A stretch of DNA of 64,000 nt from Octopus vulgaris (GCA_951406725.2 OX597819.1:126108001-126172000); one strand, 5' to 3'. Shown: positions 1 to 13,766, counted from the stretch's first letter. Notes: generated by a model from the sequence alone, not told the origin. Program-made: numbers and translations.

Positions 1-62
1 AGGTCGGAAATTGTTGGACACTGCACGATTGCGTGCAGAACGGTTTTGTCGCTCCGACCGCA

Positions 63-115
63 TCTCGGGCAGGTCGGCCCCGTGTTTCTCGGGCAGGTCG
101 GCCCCGTGTTTCTCG
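63..115. repeat. 24-bp tandem duplication
   Basis: TCTCGGGCAGGTCGGCCCCGTGTT at 63-86 and 87-110, plus a partial third copy. Confidence 0.9.
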
Positions 116-768
116 AGCCGTGTCTGTAGGGGTGAAAGCAACTTCTTTTCATAGAAAACCTTTTATGCTACTGAAAACCGTTTAACGTCAGGTCGATATG
201 CACAACAGCAAGGAACAGTAACAAAGAATGTGTAGTCAGTCCCAGTACATGACTGGTACTGTATTCCGTCGACCGCGGGAAGACGGGCAAAGTCTGCTTC
301 GGCAGGCTTTGAACTCAGAACGTAAACAAACGTAATAGTTTACTCAGCCCTATAACGATTCTGCGCTTTCTACTCACCACCGGCATGAACATCACAACTC
401 TCATGATCAAGCTTCGTTCTTATGTAACAAATAATAATACAGACATATTTATACCTGAAATATTGGTACCAAAAGTAGGAAAAAAACCCACCCCATGTGG
501 TTGGCACTTAACGAACCACTCTGAACCAATAATATATAATAAATGAATAATAATAATAATAAAGCGGCAAAACCCCCAACAACCAAGAAATTAAGTGAAG
601 TTTTCACTCACAAAACAGCTGGTTCGTGCAGACATATGTATAATTTGGCAAAGGACAGAGAAATTGATATCATACAGATTAGACTTGGGGAAAACAAAAA
701 TATTTATGAGATTTCGACGTTCTCACATCGAAAATTTACATATACTGAGAATCTTAAACATATAATCT

Positions 769-910
<142 letters not shown>

Positions 911-1116
911 AGGCGGAGAGCTGGCAGAATCACGCCGGGCAAAATGCTTAGCGGCATTTCCTCCGTCCTCGGGTTCTGAGTTCAAATTTCGCCGAGGTTG
1001 ACTTTGTCTTTCATCCTTTTGGGGTCAATTAATTAACACCAGTCAAGTACTGGGGTTGATGTGGTTGACCATCCCCCTCCCCTCTAATTCCAGGTCTTGT
1101 GCGTATAGTAGAAACT
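911..1116 (+). mobile_element. tRNA-derived SINE, family A (my label), older variant with alternative tail
   Basis: Head GGCGGAGAGCTGGCAGAA, B-box-like GAGTTCAAAT, core CCGAGGTTGACTTTGTCTTTCATCC shared with >12 copies in window, (TAT)n tail. Confidence 0.85.
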
Positions 1117-1133
1117 ATTATTATTATTATTAA

Positions 1134-1211
<78 letters not shown>

Positions 1212-1299
1212 TATTGAATGAGTGAGAGAGCATTGAGTGCCATCAAAGTGACACTGGGTTAAAATATACGAAGCCCAGTAGACCCATCATGACTGTCCT

Positions 1300-1800
1300 G
1301 ATTTGGTGTGAATTAATAATCGAATAGTATCTTGAATTTCTTAAGAAATTATTTTCTATAGCTTCACAAAACTCGTAAGGGAAGTTAGATTTGATCTGCA
1401 TACCATATTAAATTATTAACCAATTTTACTAGAGCATACCTTGTTATTAGGGTAATTATCTTTAAATGTACTCGATGTACCTTTATAATTAAAAAACAAA
1501 GGTCTTTAACGGTTATCACCCTTACGCTGCAGAATTACATTACTCGATTTGGTGTTGTTATTCGAACTAAAATTAATATCGTTACAACTTGATTTCATGT
1601 CCAGATTAACAGAGGGAGAATTAATGTCAATAGGGTTAATATAGGTAATCTTTTCTTTATAGCCTGCTTTAAGTAAGATAGAGTTATAAAATTCAGCTTT
1701 ATCGTTGAAGATATCAAACATTAGCAGATAATCTAGAAAGTCTAAGTGAAATATTCCAAACTAAATTCTTTGTAATAGCCTTAGAGTGATTAATGAAAGC
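1300..1800 (-). mobile_element. Penelope-like retroelement ORF fragment (RT thumb/linker), degenerate
   Basis: Minus strand reads NHSKAITKNLVWNISLRLSRLSAN..DIFNDKAEFYNSILLKAGYKEKI and later AIENNF..NSRYYSIINSHQIR, resembling PLE post-RT motifs (SNHP..I..RLS.LS...F......Y...L...GY); abuts (TA)n. Confidence 0.7.
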
Positions 1801-1801
1801 G

Positions 1802-1835
<34 letters not shown>

Positions 1836-1838
<3 letters not shown>

Positions 1839-3148
1839 GGAGGGTATATATATATACATACATGTGTCAATTTTACAATAGCAGCATTTTTATCAACTTA
1901 ATATTTTCTGTATTTCAGAATTACCAATGGCGGACCCCATGACTGCACAAGAAATGAAGAGGTACACAGTCATCGTGGCTATAAAGGCTGAACATAGCAA
2001 TTTAGAAATAGCACGATTTTTAAAAGTCGCAAGATCCTTCGTCTACAAAATTCGCAAAGAGTTAGAGGCTAAAGACGGAAATGTATCACCAGTATCGAAA
2101 CGTAAGAAACATTGTAGACGCACTGATACTGATACTATCTAATACTATTGTTATCTGATACTAATCAGATAACACTGATACACTAGTATCATTGTTACTG
2201 ATACTTGTAACACTGATACTATTAGAACGCCAGAATTTATTCAACAAGTAGAGCAGACCATTGATGATTATCCCAGAAGATCCATGAGAGGTTGGTTGCA
2301 ACAGAACACCATGTGTCAGAAGGAACAATCCGAAATGTTGTCCACAAAGACATCAGATACAAATCTTATGCGATGAGGAAAAGTCATTTCATGTCAGAAA
2401 CAGTGAAGGAGAATCGCTTAATCAGATCTAAAAGACCCCTGAACAAACTTAAAAACCCAGCAGAGAAAGATGCCATTTGGTTCTTCTCGGATGAGAAAAA
2501 TCTTTGATCAGAAAGTAAACAGAAATGACGGAAGTTCCAAGAATAATGCATACAAAATTTCCTAGAACTGTCATGGTTTTGGGGTTTGTCAGCAACGAAG
2601 GACATGTGATGGCTGCTCACTTCTTTCCACAAGGTCTTTGAGTAAACTCTGCTGCCTCCATAGATGTTCTGAATCCAGTTGTTAAGCCATGGATCGATAA
2701 TGTACGCAACGGAAGACCTTATGTGTTTCAATAAGACTCGGCACCATCACAGAAGCCTACAGCAACGCAGGAATGAATGGCGGAAAATTTTCATGACCAC
2801 ATAACCCCTAACATTTGGCCTCTTAGCTCCCCAGATCTCAATCCATTGGACTTCTCTGTATGGAGCGTAGTTGAGAAAGAGGTTAACGAGCACCCTCATA
2901 ACGCCAAAGATTCCCTAGAAGCCTCCATAGTCAGAGTAATGTCCAGTAAGAACACAGACCACTTGATCCTAGAATGTAGGCATAGAAACCGTTATTGAAG
3001 CTGAAGGAAGCTTTTTTGAATAAAATGATGAAACAATATTTATTCTTATCCTCAAAACCTTTTTTCAGTAGAAAGACATTATTGCCTGTTTCTAAGTCAT
3101 TTTTGTGTAAGAATATAACTGTCCTCAAAATACCTTACGCACCCTATA
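1836..3148 (+). mobile_element. Tc1/mariner superfamily, maT (DD37D) transposon, inactivated
   Basis: Broken transposase from 1927: HTH N-terminus, WFFSDEK, FQ*DSAPS, WPLSSPDLNPLD. I count 37 residues between the second and third Asp. Right TIR ...CCTCAAAATACCTTACGCACCCTATA near 3148; left end degraded. Confidence 0.9.
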
Positions 3149-3189
3149 TAGATATATGTGTGTGTGTGTATGTGTGTGTGTGTGCGCGC

Positions 3190-3230
<41 letters not shown>

Positions 3231-4179
3231 TATGTGTGTGTGTGTGTTCTTTTCTTCTTTTTCTTCTTTCAGTCATTTAGATATACAGATACCATGCTGG
3301 CATCTATATAAATATACATGTATACATATACATGTGTATATAGATGTGTAAATATATGTATGTGTGTGTATGTGTATATAAATATATATATGTGTGTGTA
3401 TGTATGAATATATTTATTTATTTATTTATAGATATAGATAGACAGATAGATAGACACACATAATACGTACATACATGTATAAATGTATAGTGGGTTAGAA
3501 GAGAGGGGTGTTTATTTATGTGTGTATGCATATGGTTAGCAAGATTGCCAGGTAGGTAGAAAATGACAAAATAAGATTAAACTAGCCAACAGGTAAACAG
3601 ACATTACAAATACTATCAGATAGATAGGCTTGATTACGTAAATCGATATATTTTGGGTTAAATAATGCAAGACAGCTGTAAAATGATATGTTGTAACGTT
3701 AATCATGGAGATAAGTGTCTTTAAATCCAACAAATTAAAAGGTTGGCGGCATTCGAGAAGAGATAAAATTCTTCAAACAAGCAAAAACAAAAGGAGATAT
3801 GGTAAAAAGTATTTTTTTTTTTAAATACTAGGTGTTACGAAAACCTCATTCAGACGTCACACTTGTAATGCGCTTCATATATTTTCCATGCTTGTTCATG
3901 GAACCGTGATGGTCCTGTTACGTCACGGTTTAGTAACCAAATAGAATCGAACGGCCTGAAACAGGCTAACTTGCTGGTTTAACGCTTCAAAAGTAGTTTC
4001 TCTTTCATTGTCTCTCTCTCTCTCTCCCTCCCCCTCTCTCCCTCTTTCTCTCTCCTTCTATCTCTCCCCCCCCTCTTCCTCTCTCTCTCTCGGTCTTCCT
4101 CTCCCTCTCTCCTTTCTCTATTTCTCGTCGTAGTATTTACTTTATAGCCTTTCTATTCGGTGGGACACGTGAGAAAGCG

Positions 4180-4208
4180 AACTACTACTACAACTGTTGC
4201 TGTTGCTG

Positions 4209-4269
<61 letters not shown>

Positions 4270-4352
4270 CATCACCACTGCTGCTGCTAGTACTATTACT
4301 ACTACTGCCTATGCTGCTACTGCTGCCTGTACTGCCACCTGTGCTGCTGCTG

Positions 4353-4389
<37 letters not shown>

Positions 4390-4530
4390 TACCACCACCA
4401 CTACCATCACCACTGCTGCTACTAGTACTATTACTACTACTGCCTATGCTGCTACTGCTGCCTGTACTGCTACTGCCACCTGTGATGCTGCTGCTACAGC
4501 TACTACTGCTACTACTACTACTACTACTAC
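4180..4530. repeat. Compound (CTA/CTG/CCA)n trinucleotide array with ~135-bp internal duplication
   Basis: Block CCACCACCACTACCATCACCACTGCTGCT..CCTGTACTGC occurs twice. Confidence 0.9.
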
Positions 4531-4576
4531 ATGAAGAGTGAGGTGAATAGTAGATTAAATCGAGTTTACTACTTGA

Positions 4577-4933
4577 AGGCGCATGGCGCATGTGAAGGCG
4601 CATGGCTCAGTGGTTAGAGCGTCGAGCTTACGATCGTGAGGTTGTGAGCTCGAATCCCAGACCGGGCTGCGTGTTGTGTTCTTGAGCAAGGCACTTTATT
4701 TCACGTTGCTCCAGTTCACTCAGCTGTAGAAATGAGTTGCGACGTCACAGGTGCCAAGCTGTATCGACCTTTGTCTTTCCCTTGGATAACACTGGTGACG
4801 TGGAGAGGGGAGGCCGGTATGCATGGGCGACTACTGGTCTTCCATAAAACAACCTTGCCCAAACTTGTGCCTCAGAGGGTAACTCTCTAGGTGCAAACCC
4901 ATGGTCACTCATGACCGAAGGGGGTCTTTACCC
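4577..4933 (+). mobile_element. tRNA-derived CORE-like SINE (family C), full length with 11-bp TSD
   Basis: A box TGGCTCAGTGG, B-box-like GCTCGAATCC, core TGTGTTCTTGAGCAAGGCACTTT; TSD TTACTACTTGA at 4566-4576 and 4934-4944. Confidence 0.9.
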
Positions 4934-5134
4934 TTACTACTTGATTAGGATATTACTTTATAGAACCCGGAGAGGAGAAAAACAATGTGATCCTCAGAGG
5001 GGCTCGGATTCAGAACGTAGAGTTATAACTAAATACCGCCAATTCAGCCATCTTTCCTAAGGTATTTTTCGATGTTGTTGTTGCTATATACCTTAGGAAT
5101 GGGAACCCAGGTTCAAAATTTTCCCAAGACTCTC

Positions 5135-5243
5135 GCTACGTTCTGAGTTCAAATTCCGCCGAGGTCGACTTTGCCTTTCATTCTTTTGGGGTCGATAAAT
5201 TAAGTACCAGTTACTGGGGTCGATATAATCGACTTAATCCGTT
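5135..5243 (+). mobile_element. SINE family A fragment
   Basis: Core GTTCTGAGTTCAAATTCCGCCGAGGTCGACTTTGCC. Confidence 0.85.
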
Positions 5244-5251
5244 AATTCTTC

Positions 5252-5291
<40 letters not shown>

Positions 5292-5446
5292 TCAATATAG
5301 GGTGGCAAAAAATTTCGCACCAATTATTTGCCACCAGCGGCCTAGTGGGAAAAAAGTAAATAGTCAGAGACTATTAATAAATTCAACGGCCTATTATGGC
5401 CGTTCCTAAATTTATATATATATATATAATATATATAAATAAATCC

Positions 5447-5480
<34 letters not shown>

Positions 5481-5795
5481 TATTTTGCAAAACAAACAAG
5501 GAAAGACTTAATCAATACATAGAATTTTATAATTTGAAACTGACTTATTGGAAGTCCACCTTAAGATATAGACAAAACGTATATATATATATATATATAA
5601 AATATAATAATATATCTGTAAATTGATACGTGACAATTATTCGGTTGCCAAGATGAAACTCTGAGTTTCGATGCCAAGGTGGAAATCCACAACTCCATCT
5701 CTTCGGTTATCTGGCCATCTTATTTTACAGATAAATTTCCTCTATTTACATAATATTGACGTCTCTTTCTTTCTTTTGTTATCTTACCGTTTTTA

Positions 5796-5851
<56 letters not shown>

Positions 5852-5854
<3 letters not shown>

Positions 5855-6173
5855 TCATCATCATCATCATCATCGTTTCACGTCTGTTTTTCATGCTGGC
5901 ATGTGTTGGACGCTTTGACTGAGGTCTAGAAAGCCAGCGGCTGCACCAGGCTGCAATCTGATCTGGCAATGTTTCTACAGCTGGATGCTCTTCCTAACGC
6001 CAACCATTCCGAGAGTGTAGTGGATGCTCTTTTACGTGACGCCGGCTCAGGAGCCAGTCAGGTGCGCCTGGTATCGATCACGTTCGGGTAGTACTTTTTC
6101 CGTGCCACCGGCGCGGGAGCTAGTCAGGGGCACTGACATCGGCCACTTTCGGATGGTGCTTTTTACTTTTGCG

Positions 6174-6178
<5 letters not shown>
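5852..6178 (-). mobile_element. RTE-LINE-related 3' end or non-autonomous derivative
   Basis: Shares the GGTTGGCGTTAGGAAG(G/A)GCATCCAG motif and (GAT)n tail with the RTE 3' end at 6482-6650. Confidence 0.75.
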
Positions 6179-6237
<59 letters not shown>

Positions 6238-6325
6238 CCATTCCGAAATATAACAATATATATAATTCTGAAATGTAGAAAATATTAAGCTGATAAATAT
6301 GCTGCTATAGTAAAATTAACACATG

Positions 6326-6428
<103 letters not shown>

Positions 6429-6441
6429 ATGTATATGTATG

Positions 6442-6473
<32 letters not shown>

Positions 6474-6481
6474 TGTATGTA

Positions 6482-7490
6482 TCATCATCATCATCATCAT
6501 GATCATTTAACGTCCGCTTTCCATGCTGGCATGGGTTAGATAGTTTGACTGGAACTGGTAAGCCGGAGAGTGGCACTAGGTTCCGGTCTGATTTGGCATG
6601 GTTTCTACGACTGGATGCCCTTCCTAACGCCAACCACTCCAAGAGTGTAGCGGATGCTGTTTACATGCCACCAGCGCGTGGCACTGGCAACAGTCACGAC
6701 TAGCATTTCACTTGGCTTGACGAGTCTTTTCAAGCACAACATATCGCCAAAGGTCTCAGTCACTTCTCGTTTCCTCAGTGAGACCCAACGTTCGAAGATC
6801 ATGTTCCACTACCTCGTCTCATGTCTCTCCGGGTCTACCTTTTCCACCGGTTCCCTCAACAGTTAGAGATCGGCACTTCTTTACACAGCTGTCCTCGCTC
6901 ATACGCATCACATGATCATACCAGTGCAGTCGTCTCTCGTGCACACCACATCTGATGCCACACTCTGTCGTACATGCACACTGATATTGCACATCCAGCG
7001 AAGCATACTACCTTCATTCTTTTCAAGCCTTCACATGTCCGCTGCAGTCACAACCCACGCTTCACTATCGTGGAGCATGGCTGTTCGCACACAGGCATAA
7101 TAAAATCTACCTTTCATTCTGAGGGAGAACCCCCTTGTTACCAACAGAAGTAAAAGCTCTTTGAACTTTGCCCAACCTGTTCTTATTCTAGCAGCTTGAT
7201 CACCTAGATAACGGAAGCTATCAACTACTTTTAAATATCTCCGCTGGTATGTGGTGGAGTCTATTTTCTGTACATTTGTAGTGTTTATTGTACATGTACA
7301 TCTGCCATACACAAAGACTATTTTTGCTGTTAACCTTCCTCTGATATTGCTGCTTTAACACCGGTCATCTTATGGAGTTTCTACCTATGCCATATTGAGC
7401 AGGGCCATCTACCTGAAGAAATTTGAGACTTGTCTCCTTTCCTACTTACTAAGACTTTGGTTTTTGCTAAATTAACTCTAAACCTCTTTG
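6482..7490 (-). mobile_element. RTE-clade LINE 3' fragment, degenerate
   Basis: VNLAKTKVLVS, WPCS, VVDSFRYLGD, RIRTGWAKFKEL, ACVRTAMLHDSEAW, LRWMC motifs of the RTE RT C-terminus; 3' UTR ends in (GAT)n. Confidence 0.88.
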
Positions 7491-7509
7491 ATATATATAT
7501 ATATATATA

Positions 7510-7845
7510 CAACTTATAAACAAGGGCAAAAGAAAAAATTTCTAATGCCAAATATGCCGAAACTAGACACATCGTCCATAACCATATAATTCATCACTAT
7601 AAGCACGCGTCTCGAAGAAAGCCGACAGAAATTTCTAAAATATTCCGTTATTACAATATCGGACCCGATTTCAGAGTTAGTTCATAAGAATCTTCTCTTC
7701 GTCAGTGATAAATGCGGCAAAGGAATAAATGAAATACTTACTTATACCCATGGAAATTTAACCTTTAAAAAATTTTTACCTTTAAAGGTATTTTTTAATA
7801 TGCTGGCCATTGATAAACATTTTTTTTCGAAAAAATTTTATCCTG

Positions 7846-7850
<5 letters not shown>
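7510..7850 (-). mobile_element. Probable PLE terminal-repeat remnant with decayed hammerhead-like motif
   Basis: Between (TA)n tracts; minus strand CTGACGA-AGAGAAG...CTTTCTTC-GAGACGCGT (plus coordinates 7605-7705). Confidence 0.45.
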
Positions 7851-7887
<37 letters not shown>

Positions 7888-8445
7888 AAAGAGAGAGGGA
7901 GTGAGAGAGAAAGAGAGAAAGAGAGAGAGAGATGATAAAAAACTATAAGTCTAATGTTTGACTTAAGGTGACTAAGTCGAGAAGTTCTGTTAGAGCGATG
8001 TGGACTAGAATGCAAAATACATCCACCCTGCAGTCAGCCGTGTTTACTTTATACATAGCGAGATTAAAAAACAAAAAAAAAAAAAAAAGAAGCGAGGACT
8101 AAGCACTAGAAGAGCGATAAATACGAAAAAAATGAATAAAAAAACATGCTACCCATCTGTTGGCTGTTATCTTTACATCATTCGTTTCCTTTATCATCTG
8201 TTATATTATCCTTGTCTCAGGCATCGAACTTTTCGACCAAATAGCTTCCATTTTGCTCCTTAAGCCTCTCCTTTTCTTTTCCTTCTTCTTCCTTTGTTTT
8301 CCCTTCCTCTTCTATGCCTTGACTTGTTTACCTGGGTTGTAAATATATGTGTGCGTGTAAATATACATTCATATGTACACATACATACGTACATACATAC
8401 ACGTGCACACACACATACATATACAAAAATACACATATATACCCT

Positions 8446-8477
<32 letters not shown>

Positions 8478-9120
8478 CGTGCACCTGTACATCCACTTCA
8501 TGCCAGATTGTTTTTGCCTTTATTAGTTTTTCTATTGACGTTCCACTCCGTCAAACATACTCTCACTTTTCACACCTTTGTTTTTCATACTTACTCTTCT
8601 CATTTCTTAATTACAGGTAACCTAATGGTAGTTCTTCAAACCATGCAGCAATAATTATACGATTCTCTCATCCGGCAAGTTAAAACGTGTTCTCAAATTC
8701 AACAGAGCGTTACTTCTCTTTGAACAATCTTCGTTGTGTATGTATGTACGTATGCATGTATGTATGTACGTATGCATGTATGAATGTATGTATGCATGTA
8801 TGAATGTATGTATGTATGTGTGTATGTATGTATGCATGTATGTATGTATGTATGTATGTATGTATGTATGTATGTATGTTTGTATGTATGTATGTATGTA
8901 TGTATAAATATGAGTTCATGCTTGTGTATACAATAAAACACTCTTATCTCTCAACATTAATATTGAATAAATATGTGTTTCTTTATCTAACCATCGAGAT
9001 ATCGAAATTTCTCTTGTTTTTACTGTTCACTAACAAATTATCTTTCTAACAATCTGTTTATTTACTGATCTGTTGATTGTATGCATATGAATCTATACGT
9101 GTATCTGTTTTTTTTTATGC

Positions 9121-9222
<102 letters not shown>

Positions 9223-9373
9223 TTCCTCTTCCCCTTTTTTCCCCCTTTTTTCTTTTTTTTTCATTTCTCTTTTCTTTTGTTCCTTTTCCCTTTCTTTTTT
9301 TTTTCCTTTTATTCTTTTTATTTTTTATTCTATTTTAAAAAAAATTTTTTATTTATTTATTTTTTGTTCTTTT

Positions 9374-9499
9374 CTTCCCTTTTACGATCCCTCTTGATCG
9401 AAAACCTACGCCACCCCCTTTTTTTCATCCCCCAAAAGAAAAGCTCTACCTTGTAACTTGTCCCATCTGTGTGCAGCCCTGTATGGCCAATAAAGAAAC

Positions 9500-9502
<3 letters not shown>
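9374..9502 (+). mobile_element. Tx1/L1-like LINE 3' end in (TATC)n
   Basis: Near-identical to 12655-12813; ends GCCAATAAAGAAAC followed by (TATC)n. Confidence 0.65.
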
Positions 9503-9883
<381 letters not shown>

Positions 9884-10087
9884 GAAACAAACTTCAAGAT
9901 AATCTGTTGAAGATGGAGATCTTGAAATGAACAATACACGCTTCCAATTCTACTCATAAGTTTTAAAACTCGTGTCAGATTGGACTTCAACAAGAGCATC
10001 TTGTTTTCTCCGTCGTCATTGCTTCTTGTGCCGTGTACAGTCGGATGGGACCTAATGCTGTAGCGATATTTTCGCAAATAAAGTGAA

Positions 10088-10212
10088 GGCATATGGCCTA
10101 GTGGTTACGGTAATGCAGTCACAATTTCGATTCCCGGACTGGCTGTGTGCATTGTGTTCTTGATCAAAGCACTTCATTTCACGTTCTATGAATCCGCTCA
10201 GCTGTAAATGGT
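10088..10212 (+). mobile_element. SINE family C 5' part, degenerate
   Basis: GGCATATGGCCTAGTGGTTA head and TTGTGTTCTTGATCAAAGCACTT core. Confidence 0.75.
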
Positions 10213-10325
10213 AATCTTTCAACAGATTGGCGGACAAGAATGAGACGGTGACTCAGGAAAACCCCCCGAATGGAGATCTCGGAAGCTCAGCGATAGAATG
10301 GATTAACAGTACAACCCCTACTGGA

Positions 10326-10541
10326 AATACCTTATTTCTTTACTACCCCCAAGAGGCTAAACACAGAGGGTAAACAGATTAAGTCGATGTAATCGACCCC
10401 AATGCGTAACTGGTACTTAATTTATCGACCCCGAAAGGATGAAAGGCAAAGTCGACCTCGGCGGAATTTGAACTCAGAACGTAACGGCAGACGAAATACG
10501 GCTACGCATTTCGCCCGGCGTGCCAACGTTTCCGCCAGCTC
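10326..10541 (-). mobile_element. SINE family A
   Basis: Reverse complement of family A body and tail. Confidence 0.9.
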
Positions 10542-10869
10542 AATTTGCACGTATATTTGATGGACTTGATGCACATACATATATTTAGCCCCTACTTCTA
10601 AGAGAAGTGCTGTGGCTATTCACTACACGTGAGGGGTACTCCTAAACTGTGGAGCAAAGATGAGGACAATTGGAACAATATCAATGTCTTCTTCTAATGG
10701 AAAATATGTCACACCACGTCAACACTGACTGAATTCTTGAAAGTGTGTCAGTAGATTCCGTTGTAAGTACACTTTGTATGTCTTCTGAACTCATACCTTA
10801 CCACTCGGAATAAAACCACTGCAATAGGAGAAAACGAGGTTACCCAGTAGACAGTTATCCTGACATTTT

Positions 10870-12620
10870 AAAACATGACTTCTTGGAAAACTGCTCATCC
10901 AAACTACTTCATGATGCAAGGAACTCAAAGTTCTCCGATGAAGAACATTCCAAGTATATATACCATCCTTAAATTTAAATGGAATCAGGACAATGTCTTC
11001 TTAGCGAGATTTGGTGAGAAACTTCTTACAATGTTGAAGATCCTTATCTACAAGTTTGCAAATAATGAGCTATTGTTACTACTTGTCAAACAGTATCATA
11101 CTTAAAATTATTCGATAAAGTCTAATCTCAGAAAAGTTTTAGCATCAGGAGGAAGTGGGAAGGAATTTCTTACCAACCTGTTGGCAATATTTCGTCAAAA
11201 GCAGAATATTGCATTTCTGGGATTGCAAACTGGCCCAAAGTGCATTTGAAGCCTGGCGGCAAATGAAAATGTCAATATCTGTAAAGAAACTTGTGTATCA
11301 GAAATTCTAAGAAGATAAAGAATTATCATTTGGGATCATAAACTTTAGACAAGACAGTGCAAGATATCTATCGAAGCAAAATATAATGGATCAGCTGCTT
11401 TAGTTTTGGAAGGAAATTTCCAACAAGCATTGATATTCCAAGTGGCACACACGCTGAGAAATTAAGGCCTTTGATATAACGAGATTATATTTAGCCACCA
11501 TTCTTAAGAACGCATCTTCCCGGAGAAGAATAATTTTGGCAATTTTACCAATAAAGTATTCAGAGTGGGAAATAATTATTTCGAACCAGATACACTGTAA
11601 AGAACAACCATAAGAACGTCAGTATAACAGCATAAGTGTTTGATGAGCTGAAGGAAATTGTCTTCGCAAACATTTCCGAAATCTATCAGAATCAGAGGTG
11701 GTAAGGTAAAAGAGTAATATTTCAACTGCAAAGAACAATGTTATTGATGCTATCAATATACAGGCGTAGGCGGAGCTGTGTGGTAAGTAGCTTGCTTACT
11801 AACCATATGGTTCCGGGTTCAGTCCCACTGCGTGGCACCTTGGGCAAATGTATTCTACTATAGCCTCGGGCCGACCAAAGCTTTGTGAGTGGATTTGGTT
11901 TACGGAAACTGAAAGAAGCCCGTCGTATATATGTAAGTGTGTGTATATGTTTGTGTGTCTGCGTTTGTCCCCCCCCACCAACATTGCTTGACAACCGATG
12001 TTGGTGTGTTTACGTCCCCGTAACTTAGCGGTTCGGCAAAAGAGACCGATAGAATAAGTACTAGGCTTACAAAGAATAAGCCCTGGGGGTCGATCTGCTC
12101 GACTAAAGGCGGTGCTCCAGAATGGCCACAGTCAAATGACTGAAACAAGTAAAAGAGTAAGAGTATACATTTGCAGCAAGAACTTGATAAGGAACAGAGC
12201 TACAGCAGATGACAACAGTTCCTAAATTCAATGTAGTGGACTTCTAGAACCTCCGTGTCTCTCACCACAATGTCTAAATCTATAAGTAGAAACATGTTTC
12301 ACGAACCTTCGTTATTTAGATCAATCAGATATTGTCCAATGGAACAAAACTGGAAGTTAATGTGTTCGTGGTATCGCAACACTTTCCAGATGTACCAGCG
12401 ATGAAAACGTATTCATTCTGAGAATTCATGAGAACGTTTTTTTCAGTTCAAGAGACATCAAGTTCTCGTCCACCAAAGATCCGCAATGTCCATCAACACA
12501 TTTCAAGATTAAACGTTGAATCCAACCTTAACTGCAGGTGGAAAATCCCTTGTATCTCTCATAGGTAGTTGGATGTTCAACTGTTGGATTCCAGTGCAAT
12601 CTTTATATCAATGATTAATG
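10870..12620 (+). mobile_element. Helitron RepHel (PIF1-type helicase) remnant, heavily decayed, interrupted by a SINE
   Basis: PIF1-like motifs in the expected order across frames: GGSGKEFL (Walker A, ~11150), IIWD, LEGNFQQ (cf. GDFRQ), FKRHQ..AMSINTFQD (cf. F.R.QFP..AM.INKSQG), PC.SH..LDV (cf. FSHGQLYV). Confidence 0.75.
11762..12165 (+). mobile_element. tRNA-derived SINE family B with internal microsatellite
   Basis: Head GCTGTGTGGTAAGTAGC..GGTTCAGTCCC, CORE-like ACCTTGGGCAA, internal (TA)/(TG)n, tail GACTGAAACAAGTAAAAGAGTA; other copies at 24955 and 61775. Confidence 0.9.
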
Positions 12621-12654
12621 TGGAAAAAATTAAAGATTAAAAGAAATAACTGTT

Positions 12655-12813
12655 TCCCTTTTACGATCCCTTTTGATCGAAAACCTACGCCACCTTTTTT
12701 CTGTTTCTTTTGTTTTTTGTTTTTTGTTTTTTTTCATCCCCCAAAAGAAAAGCTCTACCTTGTAACTTGTCCCATCTGTGTGCAGCCCTGTGTGACCAAT
12801 AAAGAAACTTATC
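12655..12813 (+). mobile_element. Tx1/L1-like LINE 3' end, second copy
   Basis: Matches 9374-9502. Confidence 0.65.
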
Positions 12814-13253
12814 TTGTGCCAAAGATAATAGCTTTTTAAAAAGTACATTTCTGTGACAGACAATATAATTAATGTAGTGCTTAAAAATGATACATTTACG
12901 CAGAATTAAATATCACGATTACCTCACAAGATATTGATAAGCAATCTCAGTTTGTTTCACGCTTGTGTATATTTATACATGCGTGCATACAGAGACATTC
13001 AACTCGCCACAGACACATGCACATGAGTGCGCGTGCACTCAGAGAGCCCAACCAGTAAAGCTATCGGACCAGTGAAGGAGAATGACTAGTTATTTGACCG
13101 GCAAGAAATAGCAGTCAAATTTCCTACAAATCAGAAAGGATTTACACACAGCCATATCTACCTACCTACCTACCTTCCTACCTACCTACCTACCTACCAA
13201 CCTACCTACCTACCTACCTACCTACCTACCTACCTACCTACCTACCTACCTAC

Positions 13254-13291
<38 letters not shown>

Positions 13292-13292
13292 G

Positions 13293-13670
13293 ACTGTTTC
13301 CAAAAAAGATGGGTAAATGTAGCAAGGATGGCACGAATGAATGACGAAGCCACCTTGAGCATAATCCTTTGAACCGTAAAAAAATTTAATACAGAGAGTT
13401 ACTTATTTGTAAATAAATGTTAATATGTGACGTAATTGACCGAAGTTACTGTGGTCTTTTCGTCGGTTTTTCTTTCCACAGATAAACCTCCCCATTTTTT
13501 GGGAACTTTTTGTACTATTTCGACATTTTTTGCATATATCCCCAACGATTTCGATCCATTTTGATCGTTGTCCCTATTTTTTTTCCTTTGTTTTCCGACC
13601 CTTCGAAAAGAAAAACTCGTCATTGCAATTGTTCCCCCTGTGTTTAGCCTTGTGTGGCCAATAAAGAAAG

Positions 13671-13672
<2 letters not shown>
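13293..13672 (+). mobile_element. Tx1/L1-like LINE 3' end: ORF terminus plus 3' UTR, between tetranucleotide arrays
   Basis: KRWVNVARMARMNDEATLSIIL* then a UTR related to 9374-9502, ending CCAATAAAGAAAG + (TATC)n. Clade assignment is inferred. Confidence 0.6.

Positions 13673-13766
<94 letters not shown>

Noticed and set aside
4142-4603. Mucin-like Thr/Ser-rich ORFs
   Set aside because: Trinucleotide array open in several frames on both strands; no splice or domain evidence
8580-8680. Strong splice-acceptor-like TTTCTTAATTACAG
   Set aside because: Stops in all three frames soon after; no partner exon; a non-coding exon cannot be excluded
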